Shown here piece after piece: positions 1 to 14,039 of a stretch of 64,000 nt of DNA (the first letter of the stretch is position 1; every line of letters starts with the position of its first letter). Made by a program: the position numbers and the translations under genes. The stretch is taken from NCBI RefSeq assembly GCF_009914755.1, contig NC_060942.1. One strand, 5' to 3'. A model generated the notes under the pieces. It ran no database searches and was not told the DNA's origin. It saw only the letters and a program-made list of their open reading frames with translations. The stretch comes from the human T2T-CHM13v2.0 reference genome, Homo sapiens.

Positions 1-599
1 GTGTTTAACCACTAAACTGAACGTTATAGCTTCCGGACTTTTTCATTTGCTAAGAGAAAAGGGAAGGTAAAATTTAGTAGGCTACAAAGGGTAAAAAGAA
101 GAAAGTGCAAACAGTAAGACTACAATTGTATTACATGGTGGTGGAACGTCGGATGAGCTGGAACATATTCAGATGGACTCATGGTCAAGGATATCTTCAC
201 TCATAGGGTCAGTGGAAAATAAACATAAACCAACATTGGGATGGCCTCTTTTTTTGATACACCAATTGGTTGAAACTGGATTCCTTCCAGACTTACAGAC
301 AGGTTCACACATGTTAGTGAGTCTTTACATCTGTTTGTACAATGACCCTCTTTCTGAGCTGCCTGACTGGGTCCCCAATCCGTGCGGGGTCACTGCCATT
401 CTTCCCTGGGAATCAAGGCTTCCTAGGAGTTTGTTAAATCCCATCCCTGGCTAAACTCGGGTCTCCAATCTCCCATCTGCTTTGTGTGTGAGAGGCTCCG
501 GGGTGTGAGAGGAAAGGCACTGAAGAGGGAGTGAAAGAAGTGGTGAGGGGGGACTGCCTACTAGCTGAGACGATATCTTATTTTTGGCGGGGGATGCTC

Positions 600-1750
600 T
601 GGAAGCGGGGAGGCTGAACTCACTTGGAAAAACTGGAGCTGTGGGGCAGACTCTCAGCGACCGGAACGACAGCCGCCAGCGCCCTTAAGTCTCCCTCCCC
701 ACCCAGTCCCCTCCCGCAGACCCCGGGGCCGGCTGAAGGGAGATCAGCAAGTCCCCGCGCAAACTGGCCGAGAATAGCTGTGACGGAGGTTGGAAGGGCG
801 TGGGGGGCAGCGACTTGGATGCAGCCCACATCCCCCCATTCCCAGCCCCAGAAAGGAGGGAGAAACAGCACCTTCCAGCAGGGGTCGCGACCTAACGCTC
901 AACAGCATCCTCTCTTCTCCGGCCGCTCCCTCATCTCCGCTCGCGCCCGGCGCCCCACTGCCGCGCATGCGCACCGCAGGCCGGCGCCATGTTGGGGCGG
1001 TTTGAAAGCGAGCGCGGGTGTCGAGCTCTGCTGTGACTGCGGAGGAAGCTGCGAGTGAGCCGAGCCTGAGGCGGGGCGGTGTCCGGGTTGGGGATGCTTT
1101 GTGGTGTCTCGCGTTGGGTAACAGGCCTGAGCTTTCGGCGGAGAGCTGTGGAAGTGTGCGGTTTTTGTTTTTGTTTTCCTTTATTTTTATTTTGGGGCCT
1201 TAGGGGTGAGTTAGGACGGAAAGGAGGGTGTCTTTTCGAGGGTTGTCCCATCCTGTGACAGCCGAGAAAAGGCGAAAGGAGAGTGGCGAGGAAAGAGGAG
1301 GAGACGTCTCCTGAGGGAGGGCGCTTGTGGAGTCTCTGTGGAAGGAAGAACACTGTAGGGGGAGTGCCCCCTGGGCGAGGGAGGGTCGCGGGACGCGGCG
1401 GAGGGGGCTCACACGGGCGTCTGCGGACCTGAGGCGGCGACAGGAAGGGGCTTGCGCTCTGGGGCTGTCGCTTCGGAACACTTCTCCTTCAGTCCATTGC
1501 TGCGCTCGCCCTGGCTGCTGAATAAATGGTTTCGGAGTGAAAAGCATCTCACTGAAGAACTTGTCTGTGTCTGTGACTGACGGGCGGTGGAACACCAAAG
1601 GGAGGGTGTCGCCTGATTGGGACTGGAAAAATTGGAATTCAGGGCGCCCGGGGTAGGGGAACGATGCGCACTGCTGGAGACGGGCGACCTTCGCTGGCCG
1701 GTCGGTGGGTTCCTGGTTTTCTGCTGCCGAGTAAACAAACGTTCCCTTTC
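600..1750. promoter_or_regulatory. CpG-island promoter of C18orf54, probably bidirectional with STARD6 on the - strand
   Basis: GC/CpG-rich block. NRF1 palindrome GCGCATGCGC 963-972, YY1-like GCCATGTT 986-993, CHR-type TTTGAA 1001-1006, GC box ~1074-1080. The STARD6 neighbour comes from recall of the locus; no STARD6 CDS is in the window. Confidence 0.85.
1005..1054 (+). other. C18orf54: Probable non-coding exon 1 of C18orf54 (start approximate)
   Basis: Lies just after the promoter motif cluster and ends at donor CGA|GTGAGC (GT 1055-1056). Confidence 0.5.
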
Positions 1751-1878
1751 CTAACTTAGCAGTCACAGAGCTATTTCCAAGAGTTGTTCTTAATTTCCTG
1801 TGCGATATTCCCATTGGCTATTTAACACTGAACATTCTGTTTTTGAATCAAAGTTAGTTAAAATTTGTTGTCAATAAG

Positions 1879-1950
1879 TTTAACATTCTGTTCTTCCGCG
1901 TGATGGATTTTCTTTTGGAGATTCGAACTGAAGCCTGTACGGAGGAAATG
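1879..1950 (+). other. C18orf54: Probable 5'UTR exon of C18orf54 carrying uORF start codons
   Basis: Acceptor AATAAG| (AG 1877-1878) and strong donor ATG|GTAAGA at 1951. Confidence 0.65.
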
Positions 1951-3652
1951 GTAAGATATATGGGATTTGCATGAGATATGTGGGGTTCAAAATAATCCTG
2001 TGGCTGAAGTGGGGAGAAGTGGGTGGGTCCCTACCCACTTTAGCTACAATTGGGGTCTGTTCAGCGATTGTTGGAAGCAGGATGATGAGTACATAGGGGT
2101 TTATTGAACGATTCTACTTTTGTATACTCTTTTGGGGAAAAGTTGGAAAACTTTTCATAATGAAACTTAAATTGTGCATTTTCTTTTTGTCTGTCCTGTG
2201 AGTTGAAATAACTAGTAAATGTTATCACCCACTTACGGAGACCAATACAACAGCTTTCTCTTTCAAGGTTTTGTAAAATAAAATCAGTAGCCTGTTCGGC
2301 ATTCAAAGACAGAAAACATTTGGTCAGGCTTATCCAAACAAATTTACTTGAGTGAGTTTAAACTTCTTTAAATAAAAGGGATACGAAAAAGGTAAAGCTG
2401 GCTTAGTTTAGCCATTCGTCAGAGATATACCAGTATTACAGAATTCAGATAAATCAATGAGACGAAACAACTGTTACCTTATGTTCTGCCATTTGCACTG
2501 ACCACGGTCAGATCTCTTGTAATGGCCATTGCATGCTCTAACGCTGTGGTAGGATGATGTTTTACTTTGTCTCTTATTTAATTAGAAAACTTTCGATGTT
2601 TTAAAGCCAAATTTAATAGTTACTAAGATTACATTAAAAGTTGTTATAACAAATATTTCTAAAATTATAGCCAAAAATTAAACATTATAACATCATAGCA
2701 TATGTTAAGTCCTCAACATTAATACTTTTTTAGTATAGGAAATCCATTCATTTAATTTTAAAAAGAATGTCATCATGGACTGAATTAGTGCCGGTTCGTT
2801 CTGTGATTTCTTAGGTTTTCAAATATACATCCTGTTACTGTACTGAGGTAGACAGGGATTCTCTCAATTTTAATAATGGAAAAACAGAAGAACACATTGA
2901 GTTGATTTTCACATTATTTAAGCTTCCTTTGAAAGAGGTGAGCTGAATCCATTTAACATAAGAATTGAAAATAGGGAGGGTGGTACCAAAAACGAAGGTC
3001 AGGAAATGATTAACTATTTTAGGAAAAGTGTATATTGCTAACTCATTCCAGAATAAGACCTGCAGTTTATTTACAGTTAAATGTTGTAAATGTACTAGCA
3101 TTTATAACATTGAAAGTGAATATTCTCCATTGTTCTTGTTTTGAATACTTCATTTGATGGCTTTAAAAAATTTATTGAGCGCTATTATCTGCAGCACATG
3201 GTAGTAGGCTTATGATTTGAAAAATATGATGTATAGGGGAATATTAGGTATTGTGATGTCATAGAATATATCACCATAAGAGAAAAGAGGTTCATAAGTA
3301 GTTTTTAGGACTTTTTAAGAAGTGAGTACTCTCTCCTTGGTATTTTCCATGTATATTCTCAGATAATTTTTGTATACATACTTCCAGCCACATAGTAGGT
3401 ACTCAAAAAATGTTTTCTAAATCATTGATGAAGGAATTCACAATAATAAATATAACAAAAATCTACAATTCCTAACAAGGAGTGTCTGTTATAGATAATG
3501 GATTTTATTATTTAAAGAAAATTACAAAAGGTTTACATATTTAGTAATTTTGTTTGTGTATGGTCACTTTTAATTGGCATCTTAACATTTCGTTTTTGTA
3601 TTACAGTTGTTTTTAAGGGAAATGAATAGAAACAATCCACTTTGAAGAAGCC

Positions 3653-3935
3653 ATGGCGAAATCAAAGACAAAACATAGACTTTGTTCTCAGGAATCTTCA
3701 GTATCTGCCCTGCTGGCAAGCTGCACCCTGAGTGGTAGTAATTCCTCTAATTCTGATGGCTCGTTTCACTATAAAGATAAGCTGTACAGATCTGCTTCTC
3801 AAGCTCTACAGGCTTATATTGATGATTTTGATCTAGGCCAAATATATCCTGGTGCAAGCACTGGAAAAATTAACATTGATGAGGATTTTACTAATATGTC
3901 ACAGTTCTGCAACTATATTTACAAACCAAACAATG
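3653..3935 (+). CDS. C18orf54: C18orf54/LAS2 coding exon 1 (exon starts 3607), [10 protein letters not shown]...YKPNN
   Basis: Acceptor TTACAG|3607, Kozak GCCATGG, donor G|GTATGC (phase 1). Protein recognised as lung adenoma susceptibility protein 2. All seven coding exons total 1602 nt = 533 aa + stop. Confidence 0.95.
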
Positions 3936-4722
3936 GTATGCTTTTATTCTTTGTTTTCTTTGTGTTCAGATGTTTTGAAGCATTTGGGAGATGTACTGTA
4001 GTATTGTAAAGTTTGACATTATTTTTGTTACTTTGGAGTAAAAATAACATAATATTGAGATCTGGGTGTTTTTGTAAAATGATTATATAATTCTCTGTGG
4101 AACAGTAATATTCACAAGATGTTAAGAGTTTGTCCATAATAAAGCTTCCTTGAAGACAAGTTTGGAAAATGCAGTTGTTGATAAGTCAATTACTACTTTA
4201 CTTAACACTTGCAGAATGACCCTAGAATAGAAAAAGTTTGTATTCAGTTCTTGGAGGGATGTGGTCAATATATTCCGGAAGCAAAGAATGAGAACAGCTG
4301 TTCTCTATGTATAATCCATGCCATTGAAGGGTTTGTAGGTGAGAAAACAAGTTATTTTTCCACCTAGTTTAATAGCATATTTTTTTCTATGCTGCAACCA
4401 ATATTGAGTGACCAATGTTACTGTGATTGTATTAGTGTATCAGATATGTCTAGATGATGAAAGTTGAAGGAACAGTAAATTAGAGAACACAGGAAAATTC
4501 AGGAGGTTGGAGAGAAACGTAGAAATTAACACAGAACGAAGAATCGTGAGAAAAAAAGCACATCCTGTTTTATCCACCTACACCTTTTTATGCTTTTAAT
4601 CAAAGCTTTAGTGAGGATAAGGGGAAAGCAGCAAAATGCCTCTTAAATTCTTAATTCTCATTTACTGTTGGATATTATAAAATATTTGTATGTAATAAAC
4701 AAAACTGTTCTTCGTTTTTCAG

Positions 4723-5511
4723 CTTTTGAAAACCTTGATCACAAAAAGCACTCAAACTTCATATCCTGTAGAAGACACACCGTTAATGACATAGACTCCA
4801 TGAGCCTAACAACTGATGATCTATTAAGACTCCCAGCAGATGGATCATTTTCTTATACTTATGTTGGACCGAGTCACCGAACGAGCAAGAAAAACAAGAA
4901 ATGCCGTGGAAGACTGGGTTCATTGGACATTGAGAAGAATCCACATTTTCAAGGACCCTACACTTCCATGGGCAAGGATAACTTTGTTACTCCTGTTATA
5001 CGCTCAAATATAAATGGAAAGCAATGTGGTAGGCTGAAAAACCCAAAACTTATGAATAGGACTAATAATTGCATTTCTGAATCATCTTTGTCTTTTCCCA
5101 AGAAATCGTCTTTCAAGGACAGTTCAGAACACAGTCTTGAAAAGAATTACCCAAGATGGCTCACTAGCCAGAAATCTGACCTTAATGTTTCAGGGATAAC
5201 TAGTATACCTGATTTCAAATACCCAGTCTGGCTGCACAATCAAGACTTGCTACCTGATGCAAATAGTCAAAGGGTTTATCAGATATTTAAAGATGATCAG
5301 TGTTCCCCTAGACATAGTCATCAGGCACAAGGAACTTCTCGGCTTATCAATAAATTAGATTGTTTTGAATATGCTTTTGAACCCTCAAACTTTTCAAATT
5401 CCTTGAGTGATGATAAAGAATTAGTTAATGAATACAAATGTGATTTTGAACATAGCCAGTGTCAATGTGAGAATCCACTTCTCCCAGGACAATCCACAAA
5501 GCCATTCAGTG
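4723..5511 (+). CDS. C18orf54: C18orf54 coding exon 2, long form (alternative internal donor after 5028)
   Basis: Acceptor TTTTCAG|, 789 nt open, donor G|GTAATA, phase 1 to 1. Confidence 0.93.
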
Positions 5512-5850
5512 GTAATACTTTGTTTATTGCTTATAGTTATTTATTTTTCTTTTTTTTAAACCAAAAGAAGTGCTGTAAAGTTGATGTGATATCTGGGAGC
5601 TTTTATGTTTTGTTTTCATGTAATACATCTTTTTGGAATGCTTATAATCTTCACATACAGCATTTTGTAACTAGAAAATGTCTTTTCTCCCATTTTTTTC
5701 TTTGCTTGAAATGTCACATTTTAACATAATTTGCTGTTATAGATGAATGTACATTCCAAATGATCAGAACTCTTGTTGACTTTGTGAGATTTTGCTATGC
5801 TTTACATTAATTTTTTTCTTCAAGGATTAATAGTCATCTTTTACAATTAG

Positions 5851-6001
5851 GTGACAAAATTGAATTGCTTATCTTGAAGGCCAAGAGAAATCTAGAGCAG
5901 TGTACTGAAGAATTACCAAAGTCCATGAAAAAGGATGACAGTCCTTGCTCATTAGATAAACTTGAAGCAGACAGATCATGGGAAAATATTCCTGTTACTT
6001 T
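5851..6001 (+). CDS. C18orf54: C18orf54 coding exon 3 ([16 protein letters not shown]...ENIPVT)
   Basis: Acceptor ATTAG|, donor TT|GTAAGT, phase 1 to 2, open frame. Confidence 0.93.
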
Positions 6002-6262
6002 GTAAGTAAGTGGCAATGGAAAAACTGTTTAGTTTTCCAAATGAAAAATGTCATGCGAATATCTGATTTATATTTAAACGAACGGTAATTAATAATATTG
6101 TAACTCCATAGAACATAGCTTTGTGTTACTTGCTTTAAATTGCATTTTTCATTTATTACCACAAGATGGTATAATGGTTCATAATCTTAGGTACTTTATA
6201 TAACATCTGTCTTTGTTACGTACTCATTTTGTTTCATTATAAAATATTGATAAGCATCTTAA

Positions 6263-6695
<433 letters not shown>

Positions 6696-8798
6696 TGAAG
6701 TTACAAATTTCTTATCATTTACTTTTTACTTTCCCTTTTAGTTGTTGTTTTCCTTAAATGATGGTACATTTTCTATTATCAGAAATGCATTATTGCTAAC
6801 CCCATATCATGCCTTAGGCTTTGATAATTTATTATCTTTAGTTGTCTAAACTTTCATTCTGTTATAGACAGAGTCTATTAGTTCCTGGATTCTTTTTGTT
6901 TTTTATTCTCAGTTGATTGTCTCTTTTCAGAATGTAGGCATTGACTATAATTCCAGTTTAGAAGCCTACGTCTGCCATTTTCTTGCTGTATTGCCTTGTA
7001 CAATTTACTTGACTTCTCTAAACTTTAAAGATGGAGAAATAACGTCTGCTTCAGGGTTATTGTGAGGATTAATTTGACTAGAAAATGAAAATGAAGTTTC
7101 TGACCTAGGATGAGCTCTCTTAGAAATTTTAGTAGTGATGATGATTATCTAGAATATTTTATTTTCTTCTTTTAGCTTCATTTCTCCTTATATATTTCAT
7201 ATATATATGTTGAGATATATATACATATTTTTTTTAAACTTGATTTGATAATGAGTTCACGTAATGCTTAACTTCTCTTATCCTTCTTGTGTCCTAGTTG
7301 CTTATTTTATCACTTGTTCTGTGTATTAATAAAGTATCATAGCTGCAATACTTTGATTTTAATTGGAACCAAAATGGGCAAGCAAGTAGTATCAGAGGTG
7401 CTTAAAATTATTGAATGCACTTAATGTATTTTATTATTTGATAATGTAACTTCTAGCTTGTATAATTAATATTATCAATAGTTTGGCTCAGTACCTTGCA
7501 TATAGTAATTCATTTTTGGAAGACTGAATTTATATTGTGAAGGGAATGTTTGTAGATAAAACTAAGGGTGAATTGCTGAGAAGGAATAGATCTCAGTTTG
7601 AGATTGACAAATTATTATCAACCTGTCATCAAAAACAAAATTGAATAGGAAGTACTCAAGGTAGTATTTTAAGTGGTAGAGCAAAACCACAATCAGATCA
7701 TTGCTTTTTTAAAGAAACTTTTTATTATGGAAAAGCTCAAATAAATTACGAAAGTAGAATAGCATAATGAACCTCTGTGTACTCTTCAACAATCTGGTAA
7801 ATGTTTTTTAATAACAGATGGGTGGCTCTACAAAGTGTTAGCAAAGAATAGGGGAAAGGACTACCTGATAGTATGAAAGAGCTTGTGAATTAGAAATCAA
7901 ATATGTCAATAAAGAAGCATGCTTATTAAGAAAAAACATCAGCATTCTGTAAATGTTAAAAAAAGATTCTTAGATATCTGAGTTCTTGAGTTACAAACAT
8001 ACCTCATAGTGTTGTAAGAATAAGAGAGAAATAGGTTGAATTCATTTTTGTGATTAATAGAATTTGATTCTCGGAGCATTCTTATTTTTGGTGGGGATAC
8101 CCTTTCTTCTACTACCCCGTGAATATCAGGAAAGAAATGGGTATTTATTAAATGTACTAGGTACATAGAAAATTAATTCAGTTTATGCAATATGTCTGTG
8201 AGATAGATGGGACTACAAATGTTGAAACTGAAATTCAGATAAATTACTTAAGGTCATATAGTGAGTGGGACTGAGATTGCATGCAGGAATGTTAAATTTC
8301 AGAATTCTCTTCCCAGAATAATCTGTTCTTTATGTTAATACCAGTTATAAAGGGGAAGTCTGTTCTGTTGCCTTCAAGTAGGAGAACATTTAACTGCCAT
8401 TCTAGTAAAAACTTTTAAGAGTTTATGGGGTTGTTGATTATTAGATGGTAACAATGTTTAATTGGAAAAATGTACTGTTTATTTCAAACAAGGTGAGCTT
8501 TTGGAGCACAGTCTGTAGTTCAGGCCTTGTTTAGCTGAATGTTAATATCTTCAGTTTCTTCATAGTGTTTTCTTAAAGCTTGAAGACAGAAGCAGGGAGA
8601 TAAGAAGGGGTTGGATTCTGGTATCAGTTTAGGGAGAAGATAAGGGAATTACCATACAACATTAATATGAATCATATCCATGATGATTATTTCTTGGTGA
8701 CTACTTGTATTTAAATGAGAATTCTTAAATTATATACTGTTTACTTTTTAGAAATTGGGAACTTAATTGCTATCTTGCATCCTTTAAATCCTGTTTAG

Positions 8799-8901
8799 CA
8801 AATCTCCTGTTCCCGTTAACTCTGATGATAGTCCTCAACAAACTTCAAGGGCAAAGAGTGCTAAAGGGGTTCTTGAAGACTTTCTAAATAATGATAATCA
8901 G
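8799..8901 (+). CDS. C18orf54: C18orf54 coding exon 4 (FKSPVPV...FLNNDNQ)
   Basis: Acceptor GTTTAG|, donor CAG|GTGGGT, phase 2 to 0. Confidence 0.92.
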
Positions 8902-9069
8902 GTGGGTGAAATTAAAAGTTTTAAAACTTATTTAAAGATATATGAATAATATGTAGATACTAATTTTTAAGTTACTTAGATAATTTAAAGCAAAAAAGAC
9001 TCAAATCTTCTCCTCTCAAATACCCATCATTCCTTCCAGAATTATTGATTATATTATTTTTTATAATAT

Positions 9070-9810
9070 TTTAAATTTTTAAATTAACACATAATAATCA
9101 TACATATCTATGGGATACATGGTGATGGGATACACTGTGAATATACAGTGATCAAATCAGGGTGATTTGCATACCATCATCTCAAATATTTATCATTTCT
9201 TTGTGTTGGGAACATTCAAAATCCTCTCTTTAAGGTATTTGGAAATATATAATAATTTATTGTTAGTTATAGTCAGCTGATACTGCTTTAGAACACTAGG
9301 ACTTATTTTTTCTATCTAGCTGTAATTTTTTTATCCTTAAACCAATCTCTCCTTATTCCTTACCTCCCTCCTACCTTTCCCAGTCTCCGGTAACCACTAT
9401 TCTACTCTCTATTTCTATGAGATCAGCTAGTAAGCTTTCCCATATAAGTGAGAACTATGATATTTATCTTTCTGCTCCTAGCTTATTTTACCTAACATAA
9501 TGTCTTCCAGAGTCATACATTTTGTCACAAATGACAGGATTTCTTTCTTTTTGAAGGCTGAACAATATTCTGTTGTCTATATATGTCACATTTTCTTTAC
9601 CCTTCTATCTGTTGATGGATACTTAGGTTGAGTCTATATCTTGACTATTGTGAATAATGCTGCAGTAAACATCAGTAAACATGGTTGTGCAGATATTTCT
9701 TTGGCATATTGATTTCATTTCCTTTGGATATATACCCAGTAGTCAGATTGCTGGATCATATGGTAGTTCTATTATATATTTAATTTTTTGAGGAATCTTC
9801 ATACTGTTTT
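9070..9810 (-). mobile_element. Old L1 (L1MA-like) 3' end
   Basis: Diverged L1M 3' motifs (ttggatatatacccagtagt...gattgctggatcatatggtagttct). Confidence 0.75.
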
Positions 9811-9819
9811 ACTGTGTCT

Positions 9820-9905
9820 GGCTGTGTGTGGTGGCTTATACCTGTAATACTAACACTTTGGGTGGCCAAGGTTGGAGGATTGCTTGAGTGTTTAATAAAA
9901 AAAAA
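9820..9905 (+). mobile_element. Alu left-monomer fragment
   Basis: ggctgtgtgtggtggcttatacctgtaat...ggattgcttgag. Confidence 0.75.
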
Positions 9906-9984
9906 GTCCATAATTGATAATACTAATTTATATTCCACAAGTGATTATTTCTTAAGGGTAAGTTGTAATGTGAAATCTTAAACC

Positions 9985-11450
9985 ATAATAATGACCTTCT
10001 TTGTCTCTTTCTACAGTTGTTGACTTAGTCTGATTTGTCTCGTATAAGTAAAGCTACTCCTACTTCCTTTTGGTTACCACTTGTGTGGAATATCTTTCTC
10101 CATTCATTCACTTTATGTGTATCTTTAAAGGTGAATGGAGTTTCTTGTAGGCAACATATAGTTGGACAATGTTATTTTTATCCATTCTGGAAGTCCATCT
10201 CAAATTTTAAGTGGGGAATTCAGTTTGTTCACGTTCAAGGTTAATATTGATAAGTGAGGACGTATTCCTGTCATTTTGTTTACTGTACTCTGGTCATTTT
10301 ATATGTTCTTTCTTCCTTTTTTCCCCTCATATTATCATTATGGTTTGGTAGTTTTCTGTAGTAATGTTTTATTCTTTTCCTTTGTGTATCTGCTCTACCA
10401 GTAAGTTTTATATTTCCATGTGTTTTCATGATGGTGCTTATCTTTTTGCTTCCAGATGTAGGATTCCCCTGAGCATTTCTTGTAAGGCAGGTCTAGTAGT
10501 GGTGAATTCTGTTGGTCTTGGTTATGTAAGAAAGAGTTTATTTCTTTCATTTCTGAAGGAAAGCTTTGCTCCATATAGTATCTTGGCTTGCGATTTTTCT
10601 TTTCAGCCCTTTGAATGTATCATCCATCCTCTCCTGGCCTTTAAGGTTTCTGCAGAGATATCTACTGTCAGTCTAATGGGAATTCCTTATATGTGACTTC
10701 ATGGTTTTCTCTTGCTGTTTTTAGAATTGCCTTTGCAGTGTAACCATAGTGTGCCTCTGGGAGGATGTTTTTGGCTTAAATCTACTGGGGGCCATTGAGC
10801 TTACTGGATTTGGATGTCATATGTATTCCCAGACGTGGGAAATTTTCAGCTATGATTTCATTAGGTTTTCTGTGCCTTTTGCCTTCTCTTCTCCTTGTGG
10901 AATTCCCATGATAATAACATTTGTTCATTTTATAGTATCCTTAAGTCTTGTAGGCTTTCTTTACTCTTTTTCCTTCTCTGACTGGGTAATTTCAAATGAC
11001 TTATCCTCAAGTTCGGAGATTCTTTTGTCTATTTGATGAAGTCTATTAAGCTCTCTATTGTATTTTAAAATTCCATTCATCGAATTCTTCACTGTGTATT
11101 TTCTGTTTGGTTCTTTTTTTATGATTTCTGTTTGTTGACTTTGTTGCTCATATTGTGAATTGTTTTCCTGATTTGGTCAAATTATCTGTCTGTGTTTTTT
11201 TGTATCATTGAGTTTTTTTAAAAAAACATGATTTTGAATTCTTTTTCCACCCATTTGCTGATTTCCTTTTCATTGGAGTCTGTTACTAGAGTTATTATAT
11301 TCCTTTGGTGGTGTCATATTTTCTTGGTTTTTCATATTTCTTGTGTTTGTTTGTTGGTATCTTGGCATCTTTCTGAATTATTTTCTGTGTGTTTTGTTGA
11401 TGTTTGCTGTGTTTTCTTAGAACAGCTATTTTGAATTCTTTGTTTGCCAG
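9985..11450 (-). mobile_element. Old L1M internal (ORF1/ORF2 junction) fragment
   Basis: Diverged L1 sequence (tctcctggcctttaaggtttctgcagag...gtctaatggg). Confidence 0.7.
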
Positions 11451-11489
11451 ATCATCTGCAGGTCTTTAGGATCAGTCACTTATTTTGTA

Positions 11490-12990
11490 GAGGTTTTCTG
11501 TTTGGATTTGTCTGAAGTTTTCTCATGATTAGAATGAGGTTATGCATTTTTGGCAAAAATACTGAAGAAGTGATGTGCTCTTCTTACTGCATTATCTCAG
11601 AGGGCTCATTATATATTGATATCATTAATATATTGATAAGTTAATGCAGTAATAGTAATATATAATAAAGATATAATATGTAAAAACTGGTTGTATTAAC
11701 TTTGAACACTTGGTTAAGGTGATCTTTATCCTTACTAAAGATACCGATTTTCCTTGTAATTATTAAATATATTATAAAGCACTTTGAGACTTTGCAGATA
11801 TCCTGTTTCTCCTCAAACTTTTGTCTACTAATTTTAGTATCCATTTGTGAATCCTATCTTTTTTTCTATATTTATTAACTGAAAACCTTGTATAATGAAA
11901 AACTATCTTTATATTTGTTTAGCAAATTATATTAGTACAGATTCACTAATTTATTTTATTCTTGGTTTAGAATGCAGTATAATTAGTTACGCTGCTGTTC
12001 AAATTGTTTCAGGTTAGGCCATTAGGAGTTCCTTCATGTTGGCTCCTGTGCCTTTTTATATGTCTGCATTCTTTTTTGAGCATTTCTTTGAGGAGCCATG
12101 GTTCTTTGTATTGGAAAATGGCACTTAGAAACTAGGATCTAGGCATTAGTTGTGCTGAGTGCTACTAGGGTGTTGTTCATTCTAAACTATGTCAGCAGGA
12201 AGACCTAGGAAACAAGTTTGCCAACCCACATATACTCACATATGTACATTTCTTTATCTGTTTATCTGTGTACATATATGTGTATATGTGTTTACATATA
12301 AATAAACACATATATGTATAAAATCATGAGTATTGATACCTCTGATTCCAGTCTAATACTGCAGTTTGTTTTAGCTTTTCCCATTCCCTATTTGTAACTT
12401 TCTCCCCATGATAATCCTTTCATTATCTACAGTAAATTTACTTGTTTGTTCAGTCTTATTATACATGCAAAGTGGTTTTAGAATTGCTAACCCATATTCC
12501 TGTAATTAACAAATGTACTAACTAGATTACATTATTTGTATATTGCTTTTTTTTTTTTTTTTTTTTTTTGGAGACAGTCTTACTCTGTCTCCCAGGCTGG
12601 AGCGCAGTGGCACAATCTCTACTCACTGCAACTTTGCCTCCCAGGTTCAAGCAGTTTTCCTGCATTAGCCTCCCAAGTAGCTGGGATTACAGGCACCCAC
12701 CACTACACCCGGCTAATTTTTGTATTTTTAGTAGAGGCAGGGTTTCACCATATTGGCCAGGCTGGTCTTGAACTCCTGACCTCAAGTGATCCACCCGCCT
12801 CAACCTCCGAAAATGTTGGGATTACAGGCATGAGCCACCATGCCCAGCTGAATATTGCTCTTTTCGTCTTTAGCCTTATAATATCATAACAAAATACTGT
12901 TTTCCAGAGTTACTTAGGTTATTTTCTTCCCAACTCTCTTTGGTGTGGTTGTGCTGTTTATTTATAATACTGCTAGTTGGTTCATTTGTC
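11490..12990 (-). mobile_element. L1MC-like 3' fragment, interrupted by an Alu
   Basis: tctcatgattagaatgaggttatgcatttttggcaa and related L1MC4-like motifs. Confidence 0.6.
12547..12849 (-). mobile_element. Alu (AluS-type)
   Basis: Full Alu with long poly-T, flanked by atattgct direct repeats. Confidence 0.95.
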
Positions 12991-12998
12991 TTTGTATA

Positions 12999-13586
<588 letters not shown>

Positions 13587-14039
13587 TATATTGGGTTGTC
13601 CTCTTGTTCTGTTTGGTTTAAATAATTTGTTTTTTGAATATATGAAATGTCACTATGGTTCTAAGAGTCAAAGATATACAGAGATGTACCCGGAGACATT
13701 TACTAGCAGGTTTCAATGACAAGTCTCAGAACAAATTGTATTATCCATACAATATTTTTAAAACATTCATTAACATTGGCACAAACAGTTCATATGTTTT
13801 CTAGTTTTCTGTCTTCTTTTGATACTCTGACCACTGCTTTGCATGAAAAGTCACTTAGCTCAGACATAAATTCCAGAGGCAGCCTTTTGTAACTATTATG
13901 GTTGGCATAAGGCAGCCGAAGTTCTAAAATAAGATAGTGGCTGGATGCAGATCATTTGGAGATTATGCCTCAGATGCTATCTCCCAGGGTGTAGGAGTAT
14001 ATCCTAACTGGATCCTTTTACCCTGTTTTTTTTTTTTCT

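Noticed and set aside
620-1814. Many overlapping 60-200 aa ORFs on both strands
   Set aside because: Expected from stop-poor CpG-island sequence; no recognisable domains or splice continuity.
4668-5729. 353-aa ORF as a standalone gene
   Set aside because: It is C18orf54 exon 4723-5511 plus in-frame intronic flanks.
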